Positions 7,752-17,934 are shown, counted from the first letter of the stretch. The stretch: DNA of 42,663 nt from Candidatus Zambryskibacteria bacterium RIFCSPLOWO2_12_FULL_39_16 (GCA_001824215.1 MHWS01000005.1:1219-43881), one strand, 5' to 3'. The notes: generated by a model not told the origin, from the sequence alone. Translations and numbers: made by a program.

Positions 7752-9707
7752 TTATTGTGCCGTGGCTTTGAGCCAAATTCTTATTTGGCCAAGTCTCGAA
7801 TCGCTCGATCCAAGACTATTGTCACGGGGATTGACCGTATGAATATCGGTCCGGGAAATAAATGAGCCAATATAGCCTGATGGTTGAAAGAACTGTTTAA
7901 ACGGTAAAGTGTCTCCGGGGTGCATCGTGACTACTTTGCACTGCAAGTTGCTGGGGCAATTTGTCCATGCGGGATCTTGAAAGTCGACGGGTCTAAAAAA
8001 CCCAAAACCACCACCACTTTGACCAAATGACCAAGCAAACTGTAAAGCAAGGTTGGTTGTTCCATCATTGCGCAGGGTGATGGTCTGATTAACTTCTGCC
8101 CCACCCACACTGACCTGTGCAAAAGAAACATCGAGATCCATAAGCGGACCATGGTAACGTGAAAAATTCACACCATCAGTGCTAATGCTTAAGATAGGAT
8201 GCTCCGTTTGCGGAAATGGGCGCAAGGAGATGGTTGGGTCACCGAATAACTCTTCGGACCATGTTGGCGCCATCTCAATATCCGCGAAAGTAGCGCCATC
8301 TGCGAGCATATGATAATTCCTCCCTACCATATCTCCTTCGTAGCTGTCACCAATGCCCATGATAGGAGTAAACGCGTGGACGAGTAGCGTATCGCCTCCA
8401 AAAAGGGCGGCACCAGCGAAGTAGTCGGGGGAAAAAAAGTTGCCTGTACTGCAGTTAACCAGATTGATCACCCGCGCGTGGTTGGGGAGGTTAAGTAAAT
8501 TATCTGAGGAGAGTGTTACCGTGTCGTTGGAGTAAAAGGTACCCACAACCCCAGCCCCCTCCATAGTGATAAAAGTTGACGCTCCATGCGTATTAAGCGT
8601 CACAAATTCAGCCCCCTCCGCCAACAGATTTTTAAAATCTTGCAGACGGCTTAGGGCAGTGTCATCTACCGATTCGTAGTTTATGACGTAACTAATATCA
8701 TCTGGATGGTATAGGTTATTTGTGACCCAATATTGCGTATGGTCCTCTTCTACTGAACCACCAAACCATCCTCCCCGAACATATCCGTATTTTTTCAAGT
8801 TGGGGCTTGTATGGCGTGTATTCAGATCCTTTTGAATAAACGCCAATACTTGGTCCGGTGTGCCATAGATACGAGATGACCACGCAGATTTATTACATGC
8901 GGAGTCGGACGATATTGAGCCATCCGGCAAATTGGTGAGACTACCATCACCTGCGACCGTATATAGGCTGCAATTTGGAACCCTATAAGACCAGTCTGTT
9001 GGAGTGGGTAATCCATCTTGGAGAAACCATGCTGCCGGCACTTGGCCGATGAGCATAACCCCCCAGAGGTGGTCTACATTCTGCAATGCGGCACGCACAC
9101 CGAGGACATCCGCGGGACTAGGAATGATCGTAGTCGACACGACAGGATCATTGACGCCAGCTTTTGCCGCATAGTCGCCGGAAATAGTTTGAGCAAGTTT
9201 TGCCACAAGACCATTTGTATCTACAGCGGTTACTTTAGGGTCCACTACCATGGCAATCATTCGCGGTGCAGCCATTACATCAACCATGGGTAGTCCTGTG
9301 ACAGTTACAGTTGCACTACCATTTTTGTTTGTGTCTTGAACCGAGGTAGCCGTCACAGTCACAGTTCCAGTAGTGCTAGAAGCCGTGAACAGACCTGATG
9401 AATTTATGGAGCCTATGCTAGTGATCCAATTTATGGACGAACTGTAGTTGCCTGTTCCCACCACTGCCGCCATACATTGCGAGGTCTGCCCAACCTGCAG
9501 TGAGGTTGGGTCGCAGACAACAGAAATCGACGTTATGGTGGGTGCGATAGGTGAGGTGTTCCCCCCACCGCCTGAACCACTTCCTCCACCTAAACCGCTT
9601 CCGCCGCCTGAACCACTACTCCCGCCTGAACCACTTCCTCCGCAACCATTGGAAACAATATAAACCATTAGTAAAATCAGAAAAATAGAGCGTAGTCTTC
9701 GGATCAT
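7752..9707 (-). CDS. Putative lipoprotein: Gly/Ser linker, Ig-like domain, peptidase C25 (gingipain-like, clan CD) domain, C-terminal Ig-like domain
   Basis: Signal ending IVSNG-C; GGSGSGG linker; Ig-like strands; VTLNTHGA and INLVNCSTG His/Cys dyad; ELFGDPTI; GGAGG RBS upstream. Confidence 0.65.
   Translation of the reverse strand: MIRRLRSIFLILLMVYIVSNGCGGSGSGGSSGSGGGSGLGGGSGSGGGGNTSPIAPTITSISVVCDPTSLQVGQTSQCMAAVVGTGNYSSSINWITSIGSINSSGLFTASSTTGTVTVTATSVQDTNKNGSATVTVTGLPMVDVMAAPRMIAMVVDPKVTAVDTNGLVAKLAQTISGDYAAKAGVNDPVVSTTIIPSPADVLGVRAALQNVDHLWGVMLIGQVPAAWFLQDGLPTPTDWSYRVPNCSLYTVAGDGSLTNLPDGSISSDSACNKSAWSSRIYGTPDQVLAFIQKDLNTRHTSPNLKKYGYVRGGWFGGSVEEDHTQYWVTNNLYHPDDISYVINYESVDDTALSRLQDFKNLLAEGAEFVTLNTHGASTFITMEGAGVVGTFYSNDTVTLSSDNLLNLPNHARVINLVNCSTGNFFSPDYFAGAALFGGDTLLVHAFTPIMGIGDSYEGDMVGRNYHMLADGATFADIEMAPTWSEELFGDPTISLRPFPQTEHPILSISTDGVNFSRYHGPLMDLDVSFAQVSVGGAEVNQTITLRNDGTTNLALQFAWSFGQSGGGFGFFRPVDFQDPAWTNCPSNLQCKVVTMHPGDTLPFKQFFQPSGYIGSFISRTDIHTVNPRDNSLGSSDSRLGQIRIWLKATAQ
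9568..9639. repeat. 4 x 18-bp imperfect tandem repeat encoding the Gly/Ser linker
   Basis: ccgcctgaaccacttcct / ccacctaaaccgcttccg / ccgcctgaaccactactc / ccgcctgaaccacttcct. Confidence 0.85.
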
Positions 9708-9790
9708 ACCCCTTCCTCCTATGCCAAAGAACGTATGCAGGATCGCAAAACCCTACATCTGAATACAATATACGCTTATAGTCTAAAGAT

Positions 9791-11329
9791 TCAATACTTC
9801 TGTTGTTTGGGGCGATAAGATATGGCTTCAAGGATATGGCTAACAGAGATTTCGGGAGAAGAGTTGAGGTCGGCGATAGTGCGAGCCAGTTTTATTATTT
9901 TGTGATATGAACGGGCGGAAAGGTCCAAAGTTTTGGCTGATTTATTTAAAATCTCTTTGACTTCATCGGAGATTTTTAAAATAATGGTGATGTCGCGAGC
10001 ACTCATCTCGGAGTTGGTGCTTATTTTCCTTCCAGCATCTCTAAATCTTTTTCCTTGAATCCCTCTTGCTTTGATTATCCTCTCTCTGGCTGGGACACTT
10101 TCGCTTTTACCCGCTTTTTCGGTCAGCTTTTCGTGATCCACTTTGGAGACTTCTGTCCAAATATCAATGCGGTCAATAATAGGCCCTGAAATTTTTCTTT
10201 TATACCTTTCAATCTGCAAAGGCGCGCAGGTACATGGTTTACCTTTAATGCCAAAGTTGCCACAAGGGCAAGGATTCATGGCGGCTACAAGTATGAAATG
10301 CGCTGGAAATTTGACGGTGCCGCGAGCGCGCGAAACTGAAACTACTCTTTCTTCCAACGGTTCACGCATTGACTCTATCGCTTTGTTTTCAAACTCCGGA
10401 AATTCGTCAAGAAACAATACTCCTTTGTGGGCTAAAGTAACCTCCCCAGGCCTTGGATTGCTCCCACCACCGATGATGGCGACATGAGAAGCGGTATGAT
10501 GTGGAGAACGAAAGGGTCTTTCGGCAACCAATGTGTCATTCAAAGCTCCGGTCATAGAATGTATTTCAGTCACTTCTAAAACTTCATCAAAAGAAAGAGG
10601 AGGTAAGATCCCTGAAAGAGCCTTGGCTAACATGGTTTTACCTGTCCCGGGTGGACCATAAAGAGCTATATTGTGTCCGCCAGCTGCAGCAATTTCAAGC
10701 GCTCTCTTAGCCCCCTCTTGGCCTTTGATATCGGATAAATCAAGAGAAATCTCATCTAAATTTTTTATTTCTTTTTTCTTTTCTGGTTTTAATTTTTGAT
10801 TCAAATCGGTATCATGGGAAATATGATTTATTATTTCCAATAAAGTTTGTGCCCCGAAAATAGAAACACCATCTACTAAAGTAGCTTCAGGGGCATTTTC
10901 AATAGGCAAATATATTTCTCTAAATCCTTTTTCTTTTGCTTTTCTGGCAAAAGCCAAAGCGCCTTTGACCGGCCTCAATCGGCCATCCAAAGAAAGTTCT
11001 CCTAAAAATATTTTGCCTTTGGAATCAAAAAGAATATCGCCGCTAGCCAAAAGATATGAGAGAGCAATGGCTACATCGAGGCCTGAGCCTTCTTTTTTAA
11101 TTTCTGCCGGAGCCAGTGAAATAATCACTTTGTGATTTTTTGATTTTGGGGATTCAAAACCGCTGTTTTTGACGGCCGCGCTGATCCTGTCTTTTGCTTC
11201 TTCCACAGCTTTATCTCCCAATCCAACTATAGAAAAAGAATTGAGGCCTCTCGAAAGGTCTGCCTCTACATCAACAATATAAGGTTTGAGAAGAAAAGCT
11301 TGGGCGCTATGAACCTTGGCGTAAGACAT
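9791..11329 (-). CDS. comM: YifB/ComM family Mg-chelatase-like AAA+ ATPase
   Basis: GELSLDG, AAAGGHN..LYGPPGTGKT, PFRSPHH, LFLDEFPEF, NPCPCG, LSARSYH. Confidence 0.93.
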   Translation of the reverse strand: MSYAKVHSAQAFLLKPYIVDVEADLSRGLNSFSIVGLGDKAVEEAKDRISAAVKNSGFESPKSKNHKVIISLAPAEIKKEGSGLDVAIALSYLLASGDILFDSKGKIFLGELSLDGRLRPVKGALAFARKAKEKGFREIYLPIENAPEATLVDGVSIFGAQTLLEIINHISHDTDLNQKLKPEKKKEIKNLDEISLDLSDIKGQEGAKRALEIAAAGGHNIALYGPPGTGKTMLAKALSGILPPLSFDEVLEVTEIHSMTGALNDTLVAERPFRSPHHTASHVAIIGGGSNPRPGEVTLAHKGVLFLDEFPEFENKAIESMREPLEERVVSVSRARGTVKFPAHFILVAAMNPCPCGNFGIKGKPCTCAPLQIERYKRKISGPIIDRIDIWTEVSKVDHEKLTEKAGKSESVPARERIIKARGIQGKRFRDAGRKISTNSEMSARDITIILKISDEVKEILNKSAKTLDLSARSYHKIIKLARTIADLNSSPEISVSHILEAISYRPKQQKY

Positions 11330-11342
11330 ACTTTCTTATACC

Positions 11343-11708
11343 TCATTTCATATGCTTTTTGCAAGTGCGGGCAGCTTGGTTAGCGATTAAACGATCTTCT
11401 TCTATAGGTTCTCCAGCAACTTCACAAATACCGTAAGTTCCATTTTCAATTTTTACTAAAGCGTCTTTTATATCGTTATATCTGATTTCTAATTCTTTAA
11501 GAACCGCCGTATTCCCCTCAAACTCTTCCATTTTATCTGCCGTTTCGCTTGAATCGGCGCTATCAGTATCAAAATCAGCCGGTTCCGCTTCCCAATCGAG
11601 CTTATTATCAGGATTTTTTCTGCCAACGCTATTTAGTTCTTTCTCAACTAAAGAAAGCTCCTCTCCCAATTTGCCCTTAAAATAATTTATATCTATATCA
11701 TTTCTCAT
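11343..11708 (-). CDS. TraR/DksA family protein
   Basis: Acidic coiled-coil tip; ALVKIENGTYGICEVAGEPIEEDRL..AARTC; ATG at 11708 lies 7 nt after TGnTAAAAT. Confidence 0.85.
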   Translation of the reverse strand: MRNDIDINYFKGKLGEELSLVEKELNSVGRKNPDNKLDWEAEPADFDTDSADSSETADKMEEFEGNTAVLKELEIRYNDIKDALVKIENGTYGICEVAGEPIEEDRLIANQAARTCKKHMK

Positions 11709-11732
11709 GATTCCCATTTTAACATAATGAGA

Positions 11733-12746
11733 CTATCTGACAATCGAGCGAGAAGCATAAATAGTATATATGTCTCCTATGGATGAAAGACTGCTGGTAA
11801 TCAAAATAGTATTTTTATCAAGGAAAGTATAGGCGATTTTTGCTTGGTTTTTTTGGTTTATTAAGGCCCTAGTATCTTTGTTTTTAACAATCATATCTTT
11901 CCAAATGAAAGAGTCCAGTTTCATTGGTATTTTAACGCTTAGGGTAGTAGATGCAGTACTGGAAGTAGTGGTGGCAGTACTAGTGGCTGTGCTGGTAGGA
12001 ATATTTGCCGTAGTATTAGCAACAACAAAAGAGTCAGTCCTCGCATTCATGAAAGACAGATCTTTTTCCATATTGCTCTCCCAATCAAGCATGCCAGAAA
12101 AAGCGCGACCAAAATCACTTATGGTAATCACAAGAAAATATGAAATTTGGTTATTTTGAAACATTATTCCAACAGCATATTTTTCTTTGATAGTCCTCTC
12201 TAAAGTGGCCGGCAGTGATATCCCTAAAAAACCAAAGAAGTCTTTGGTTGTTTGAAACGAGAGACTATTTTTATCTGATATTTTCAGAATGCTTGCGCCA
12301 TTTGATGGGGACAGTTTAGCAAGTTCTGAATCAAAGTTTTCTTTTGTTATATTGGTCAAGGTAATTAAATTGTTGTATGGGATAACTTTTTCTTCAACAG
12401 CCACTTCACTCATCGGCTCTTTTTTCAAAGCATTAAAAATATAAAAAGAAACCGCTACCCCGCTAGCCAAAAGAACCAGACTCAAAGTGGCTATGATTAA
12501 GTTCTTTTGGAAACCTTCTTTTTTTGATTTTACAACCGGTCTAAGTTTCTCTTCTTCTTTTTCTATTCTTTCCTTTTTTTCTTTTGCTTTTACAGTGATA
12601 GAAACCACCGATTCGTTTTTTTCCTTTATAAATTCAGCCATATCGCCCTGATAGGTGCGCAAAGAAGGAAGCTTCTGCTGATTATGCAAAGTATCAATTA
12701 TCTTTCCAAACTTGTCAGGGTTACCTCCCTTTTTTTCTTCGTCCAT
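11733..12746 (-). CDS. Hypothetical single-pass membrane protein
   Basis: 337-aa ORF, one TM helix, Thr-rich segment, AFSGMLDWE and WKDMIVKNKDTR motifs. Confidence 0.75.
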   Translation of the reverse strand: MDEEKKGGNPDKFGKIIDTLHNQQKLPSLRTYQGDMAEFIKEKNESVVSITVKAKEKKERIEKEEEKLRPVVKSKKEGFQKNLIIATLSLVLLASGVAVSFYIFNALKKEPMSEVAVEEKVIPYNNLITLTNITKENFDSELAKLSPSNGASILKISDKNSLSFQTTKDFFGFLGISLPATLERTIKEKYAVGIMFQNNQISYFLVITISDFGRAFSGMLDWESNMEKDLSFMNARTDSFVVANTTANIPTSTATSTATTTSSTASTTLSVKIPMKLDSFIWKDMIVKNKDTRALINQKNQAKIAYTFLDKNTILITSSLSSIGDIYTIYASRSIVR

Positions 12747-12759
12747 TTTTTATATTATA

Positions 12760-14922
12760 CTATTTTCTTTTGATGAAATTTGGATTTGCATCTTTAATCG
12801 AGAGTTTTAATCTGCCTTTATCATCTATGCCTTTTATAAGTATCGGCACTTTCATTCCAATTTTCAAGTAATTTTCGGTTTTTTCAATTCGGAAAGATGC
12901 AATCTCGGAAACATGAACCAATCCGTCACTTTTTGGACCAAGTTTTACTATGACCCCAAAATCTGCCACCCTGACTACTTCTCCAAAAACTCTGTCGCCC
13001 TCTTTGTATTCTTTAACGATTTCCTCAATTGAAGTTTTGGCTTTTTCCGCTCCAACAGCTCCTCCTGTTATGTAAATTGTACCATCTTCTTCTATATCAA
13101 TCTCTGCCCCGGTGTTATCTTTAATTTCTTTTATGATTTTGCCTCCAGTGCCGATGACCATCCCAATTTGGTCTGGACGGATTTTGATAGAGATTATTCT
13201 TGGCGCTCTAGACGATAATTCTTTTCTCGGTTCTTTTATTTCAGCTTCTATCACATCCAATATTTTCATTCTGGCCGCTTTAGCTTTTTCAAACGCTTCT
13301 TTAAGAATAAGCAAAGGAATGCCTGATATCTTGACATCCATTTGCACTGCCGTAACCCCATCTTTGGTGCCAGCCACTTTGAAATCCATGTCGCCATGTT
13401 CGTCTTCCGGGCCCTGAATGTCGGTCAAAATTTTATACTTAAAATTTTGACCCTGAGCGGAGTCGAAGGGTTTTTCCTTATTGATGCTTAACATAAGTCC
13501 CGAAGCAATACCCGCAACCGGTTTTTTTATAGGCACGCCAGCATCCATAAGGGCCAAGGTTGAAGCGCAGACCGAGCCCATGGAAGTGGACCCGTTTGAT
13601 GCCAGAGCTTCTGATACAATACGAATGGTATAAGGGAAAATATCTTTATCCGGAATTATGGGTAAAAGGGCTTTTTCTGCTAAAGCTCCGTGACCGATCA
13701 TTCTCCTGTTCATTCCTCCCACTCTGCCAACTTCACCAACCGAAAAAGGAGGAAAATTATAATGATGCATAAATCTTTTATCTGTATGACTTTCCATGCC
13801 GTCTATCACTTGGGAGTCTCCGGGAGCGCCAAGAGTTAGAGCCGAAAGTATATGAGTGCCACCGCGATAAAATATACCAGAACCATGAAGAATACTGGAA
13901 AGGCCCCCTGCTTTGGCAAATAAGCCTCTCAAATCATCGAAACCTCTGCCGTCTATACGCTTATTTTCTTCAATAGAAATTTTATGGACAAAATCGTTTA
14001 TAGCTTCGTGAAAAAGTTTTTTAGCAATTTTTTGGTCCGCTTCAGGCATATTTTCATTCAAATATTTAAACCATTCGTCCTCCAGAGCATAAATCTTATG
14101 TTTGCCCACCTCACCCATTAAGCCCTCCATTTTTGTCAAAACTTCCACATCGAAAGCTTTTTGCAAATCTTTTGGCACTTCTGTTTTTTTCACTTCCATT
14201 TTTTTCTTACCTAATTCTCCAATTATTTTTTCCTGAAATTTCTGAATTTTTTGGAGTTCCTCTTTGGCTTTATCCAAAGCTTTCATCAGAGTCTCCTCAG
14301 AAGCTTCATCTGCTCCAACTTCAATCATGTTTATGGTGCCATCTTTACCACAAGCAATAAGATCCAACTCATATTCACTGATTCCCAGAGTCGGTGGACT
14401 GGAAAGAGGATTCCTCATTTCATAAGAAGGGTTAACTAAAAATTCTTCCTTGTCCTTTAATTTTCCTATTCTTACAGCCGAAACCGGACCATTCCATGGG
14501 ATATCTGATATGCCGAGTGCCAAGGAAGAAGCAATTACCCCCAAAATATCTGGATCGTATTTATCCAAAGAAAGCACGGTAACAACCACCTGAATTTCAT
14601 TGCGCAGATTGCTGTCAAAAAGAGGTCTTATGGTTCGGTCTACAATCCTACCGGAAAGTATAGCTTCGTCCGATGGTCTTCCTTCCCTCCTTAAAAATCT
14701 GGAGCCCAAAATTTGCCCGGAAGCATAGAAGCGTTCCTCATATTCAACCGAGAGAGGAAAATATTCCAAATCTTTTTCTCCTTTTGACATCACTGCTGTT
14801 GCAAGAACTGTCGTATCTCCTAACCGCAGAAGCACCGAGCCATGGGCATTTTCTGCCAAATCGGTAAATTCGGCAGTTAATTTCTCACCACCAATCTCCA
14901 TCTCATATTTTTTTGATTTCAT
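12760..14922 (-). CDS. pnp: Polyribonucleotide nucleotidyltransferase (PNPase)
   Basis: RREGRP, HHYNFPPFSVGE, SNGSTSMGSVC, GDMDFKVAGT, KH and S1 domains; start placed at MKSKK. Confidence 0.97.
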   Translation of the reverse strand: MKSKKYEMEIGGEKLTAEFTDLAENAHGSVLLRLGDTTVLATAVMSKGEKDLEYFPLSVEYEERFYASGQILGSRFLRREGRPSDEAILSGRIVDRTIRPLFDSNLRNEIQVVVTVLSLDKYDPDILGVIASSLALGISDIPWNGPVSAVRIGKLKDKEEFLVNPSYEMRNPLSSPPTLGISEYELDLIACGKDGTINMIEVGADEASEETLMKALDKAKEELQKIQKFQEKIIGELGKKKMEVKKTEVPKDLQKAFDVEVLTKMEGLMGEVGKHKIYALEDEWFKYLNENMPEADQKIAKKLFHEAINDFVHKISIEENKRIDGRGFDDLRGLFAKAGGLSSILHGSGIFYRGGTHILSALTLGAPGDSQVIDGMESHTDKRFMHHYNFPPFSVGEVGRVGGMNRRMIGHGALAEKALLPIIPDKDIFPYTIRIVSEALASNGSTSMGSVCASTLALMDAGVPIKKPVAGIASGLMLSINKEKPFDSAQGQNFKYKILTDIQGPEDEHGDMDFKVAGTKDGVTAVQMDVKISGIPLLILKEAFEKAKAARMKILDVIEAEIKEPRKELSSRAPRIISIKIRPDQIGMVIGTGGKIIKEIKDNTGAEIDIEEDGTIYITGGAVGAEKAKTSIEEIVKEYKEGDRVFGEVVRVADFGVIVKLGPKSDGLVHVSEIASFRIEKTENYLKIGMKVPILIKGIDDKGRLKLSIKDANPNFIKRK
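13447..13470 (-). repeat. In-frame TTCGAC-n-CTCA element in pnp
   Basis: CCCTTCGACTCCGCTCAGGGTCAA encodes PFDSAQGQ. Confidence 0.8.
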
Positions 14923-14970
14923 AACACACGTAATATAACACGAAAACCGCTCCACTTAAAAGAGGAGTTA

Positions 14971-15030
14971 TTCCGACCAACGAGGAACAAAATGAAAATC
15001 TATTTTCATTTTATCCGAGTGCCGTCGGAA
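14971..15030. repeat. Long imperfect hairpin with tandem GA mismatch, between fusA and pnp
   Basis: TTCCGAC-CA-AC-GA-GGA-AC-AAAATGAAAAT-CT-ATTTTCATTTT-A-TCC-GA-GT-GCC-GTCGGAA. Confidence 0.75.
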
Positions 15031-15046
15031 CAAAGTGCGCAGCACT

Positions 15047-17200
15047 TTATTTCCTTGCTTCAACTATAGAGAGAGCGACATTGGCAGGTACAATAGTGTA
15101 GTGATCAAATTCGATGTTGGCGGAGCCGCGGCCTTCGGTCATCGAACGCAAAGTAGTGACATAACCGAAAAGCTCTGACAGAGGCACCTTGGCTTTGACA
15201 ACTTTATTTCCCGCTCTGTCATCCATACCTTCAATAAGGCCTCGCTTGGAAGAAAGATGCCCGGTGACATCACCCATGAATTTTTCTGGGACGACAACTT
15301 CAACTTTCATAATAGGCTCTAAAATAACCGGTTTGGCTTTTTTAGCTGCTTCCTGGAAAGCTTGAGAGGCGGCGATTTTGTAAGCGATTTCGGAAGAGTC
15401 AACATCATGATATGAGCCAAAAGTAAGTTCGCAGGAAATATTTACCATTTTATATCCGGCTACAATACCTCGCTCCATTGCTTCCTTCACTCCTTTTTCA
15501 ACGGCCGGGATAAATTCCTGAGGGATAACACCTCCCTTGATGGAATCGATAAACTCAAATCCTTCTTCGCGATGGACATTTTTTTGTTTCTTTTTATTTT
15601 CCACTACCGCTTCCAAAGGTTTTAGATTGAGTTTGACGTGACCATATTGACCTTTGCCTCCGGTTTGTTTGATATATTTGGTTTCCGCTTCAGCCGTGCC
15701 GGTAATTGTTTCTTTGTAAGCGACCTGCGGAGCGCCGACATTTGCTTCAACATTAAATTCTCTTTTCATCCTATCAACGATAATATCCAAATGAAGTTCA
15801 CCCATACCTGAAATAACAGTCTCTCCTGTTTCCGAATCGGCCTTAATCTTAAATGTCGGGTCCTCGTCTGACAAGCGGTGCAGAGCCATACCCATCCTTT
15901 CTTGGTCTCCTTTGGTTTTTGGTTCAATTCGGAGAGAAATGACCGGCTCAGGGAAAATGATAGTTTCCAAAATGATAGGATTGTCTTCGTCACAAAATGT
16001 ATGAGAAGTTTTGGCGCTCTTAAGTCCAACTGCGGCAGCGATTTCTCCGGAAAAAACTTTTTTGACTTCTTCTCTTTTGTCCGCTTGCAGTCTTACTATG
16101 CGACCCAGCCTTTCTTTGTCCCCAGTGGTTGCATTATAAATATAAGATCCAGATTCAATGGTACCAGAGTAAACTCTAAAAAATGTAAGCTGGCCGACAA
16201 ATGGATCGGCTTGGAGCTTGAATGCCAAAGCAGAAAAAGGTTCTGCATCGCTTGGATGTCTTTCTATTTCTTCTCCAGTTATTGGATTAATACCTTTTAT
16301 AGCTGGTATATCCAAAGGTGACGGCAAGTAGTCAACTACAGCATCCAAAACAAGTTGAACTCCTTTATTTTTCAGAGCCGAGCCGCAAAATACAGGAAAA
16401 ATCTTGTTTTCAATAACCGCTTTTCTTAAAATTTTCTTTAAGTCAGAAATTGGCACTTCTTCTCCTTCCAAGTATTTATGCATTGCAGCATCATCATTTT
16501 CTACGATTCTTTCTATAAGTTCCCCCCTAAATTTTAAAGCGGATGCTTTAAAATTTTCTGGTATTTCCATCTCAACAACATCGCCGCCAAGTTGTCCTTC
16601 AAATTTGTAAGCTTTCATCTTTAGCAAATCGATTTCTCCTTCATGCTTTTCTTCCTCTCCTATCGGTATTTGCATTCTAACAGCTTTCTTTGAAAGTCTT
16701 TCCAAAATTGATTGGTATGATTTTTCAAAATTAGCGCCAGTCCTATCCAATTTATTTATAAAGCAAAGGCGAGGTACAGCTGCTTCTTCGGCATATCGCC
16801 AGTTGGTTTCAGATTGAGGTTCAACACCGGCCACTCCGTCAAAAACAATCACAGCACCGTCCAAAACACGCATTGATCTTTTTACTTCGGCTGTAAAGTC
16901 AATATGTCCGGGAGTATCTATAATATTAAAACGATATTTGTTTTCTTTATTTATTCTCTCTTCTTTAGTTAGATATGTCGGTGCCCAAAAACAAGTGATA
17001 GCGGCAGCGGTGATAGTAATACCTCGTTCTCTCTCCTGTTCCATCCAGTCAGTAGTAGTCTCCCCTTCATGAACTTCACCAATTTTGTGCTGACTACCGG
17101 TGTAATACAAAATACGCTCGCTCGTTGTGGTCTTACCAGCGTCGATATGGGCTATGATTCCAAAGTTTCTGACTCTCTCTAACGGATAATCGCGGTTCAT
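15047..17200 (-). CDS. fusA: Elongation factor G
   Basis: AHIDAGKTT, RGITI, DTPGH, NKLD, GMGELHL, YHDVDSSE. Confidence 0.99.
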   Translation of the reverse strand: MNRDYPLERVRNFGIIAHIDAGKTTTSERILYYTGSQHKIGEVHEGETTTDWMEQERERGITITAAAITCFWAPTYLTKEERINKENKYRFNIIDTPGHIDFTAEVKRSMRVLDGAVIVFDGVAGVEPQSETNWRYAEEAAVPRLCFINKLDRTGANFEKSYQSILERLSKKAVRMQIPIGEEEKHEGEIDLLKMKAYKFEGQLGGDVVEMEIPENFKASALKFRGELIERIVENDDAAMHKYLEGEEVPISDLKKILRKAVIENKIFPVFCGSALKNKGVQLVLDAVVDYLPSPLDIPAIKGINPITGEEIERHPSDAEPFSALAFKLQADPFVGQLTFFRVYSGTIESGSYIYNATTGDKERLGRIVRLQADKREEVKKVFSGEIAAAVGLKSAKTSHTFCDEDNPIILETIIFPEPVISLRIEPKTKGDQERMGMALHRLSDEDPTFKIKADSETGETVISGMGELHLDIIVDRMKREFNVEANVGAPQVAYKETITGTAEAETKYIKQTGGKGQYGHVKLNLKPLEAVVENKKKQKNVHREEGFEFIDSIKGGVIPQEFIPAVEKGVKEAMERGIVAGYKMVNISCELTFGSYHDVDSSEIAYKIAASQAFQEAAKKAKPVILEPIMKVEVVVPEKFMGDVTGHLSSKRGLIEGMDDRAGNKVVKAKVPLSELFGYVTTLRSMTEGRGSANIEFDHYTIVPANVALSIVEARK

Positions 17201-17334
17201 AAATTAAATATAAAAACACTACAAATAAAAAATCCCCTGAGGAACATTGAAAATATACACTAATTGAGGATAAATTGCAAAATTAGCGCTAAAGAGGTGA
17301 AAAAAATTGTTGAGTGGAGCGCCAATCTCGGAGT

Positions 17335-17934
17335 CTAGACCCCGCCCATAAATAAAGCGTTTGTAACTTGCAATCGATATGAAGCTGGTTGATAATATGT
17401 GGCGGGTTGAAAGACAACTGTTCCGTACAAAACTAGATATTCATTCAGGTAACTATTCATGGTCACAGGAAGGTTCGGTGATCCATTTGGTGTAGTAGAA
17501 ATCTCAAGCGGTACCCATGCATTAACAGCAAATTCATCAGTGTCGTCAGTTATGAAAAAAGCTGGATTAAGAAAATAATTTCCCTTATTGATGAGTTTGC
17601 CTGATACCTGAACTTTTTTGGAAACATAGGCAGATGGGTTTGCGACGAGATCATGAACCGTAACGGGCAATGTAACTGCGGTGGAATTAGTTGATATTGG
17701 TATACCTGTTGAAGTAGCGCCAGATACCGGAGGGTTTGTGGATAAAGAATTTTGAGTAGAAGTCATAGAATTCTGGGTATTTGTGCCGAGCACTTGTGTC
17801 GCCAGTGAAATAGCTTGTGTAGCTATCGAAATAGCTTGCTGCCGCATTGTGTCACTAATAGTGGCAGTGTTTGCCTGAACAGACATAAGCAAAGCGAGCG
17901 CTAGTTGCAGAACCGAGCTTGCGAATGAAATCAT
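17335..17934 (-). CDS. Hypothetical secreted protein, possible C-terminal OB-like domain
   Basis: Signal-like N-terminus, Thr/Ser/Asn-rich linker, LVANPSAYVSKKVQVSG pattern. Confidence 0.7.
   Translation of the reverse strand: MISFASSVLQLALALLMSVQANTATISDTMRQQAISIATQAISLATQVLGTNTQNSMTSTQNSLSTNPPVSGATSTGIPISTNSTAVTLPVTVHDLVANPSAYVSKKVQVSGKLINKGNYFLNPAFFITDDTDEFAVNAWVPLEISTTPNGSPNLPVTMNSYLNEYLVLYGTVVFQPATYYQPASYRLQVTNALFMGGV

Noticed and set aside
6660..9790. Integrated island at the tmRNA 3' end
   Set aside because: No integrase and no convincing duplicated ssrA 3' end at the far boundary; only the higher GC of one gene supports it.
11717..11744. TTATGTTAAAA resembling the XerD arm of dif
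   Set aside because: There is no matching XerC arm at 6-bp spacing; it is better explained as an extended -10 box (a similar sequence precedes the M50 gene).
14923..14955. GTG-initiated N-terminal extension of PNPase
   Set aside because: PNPase-like sequence begins at MKSKK (14922), which has a -10-like box upstream.
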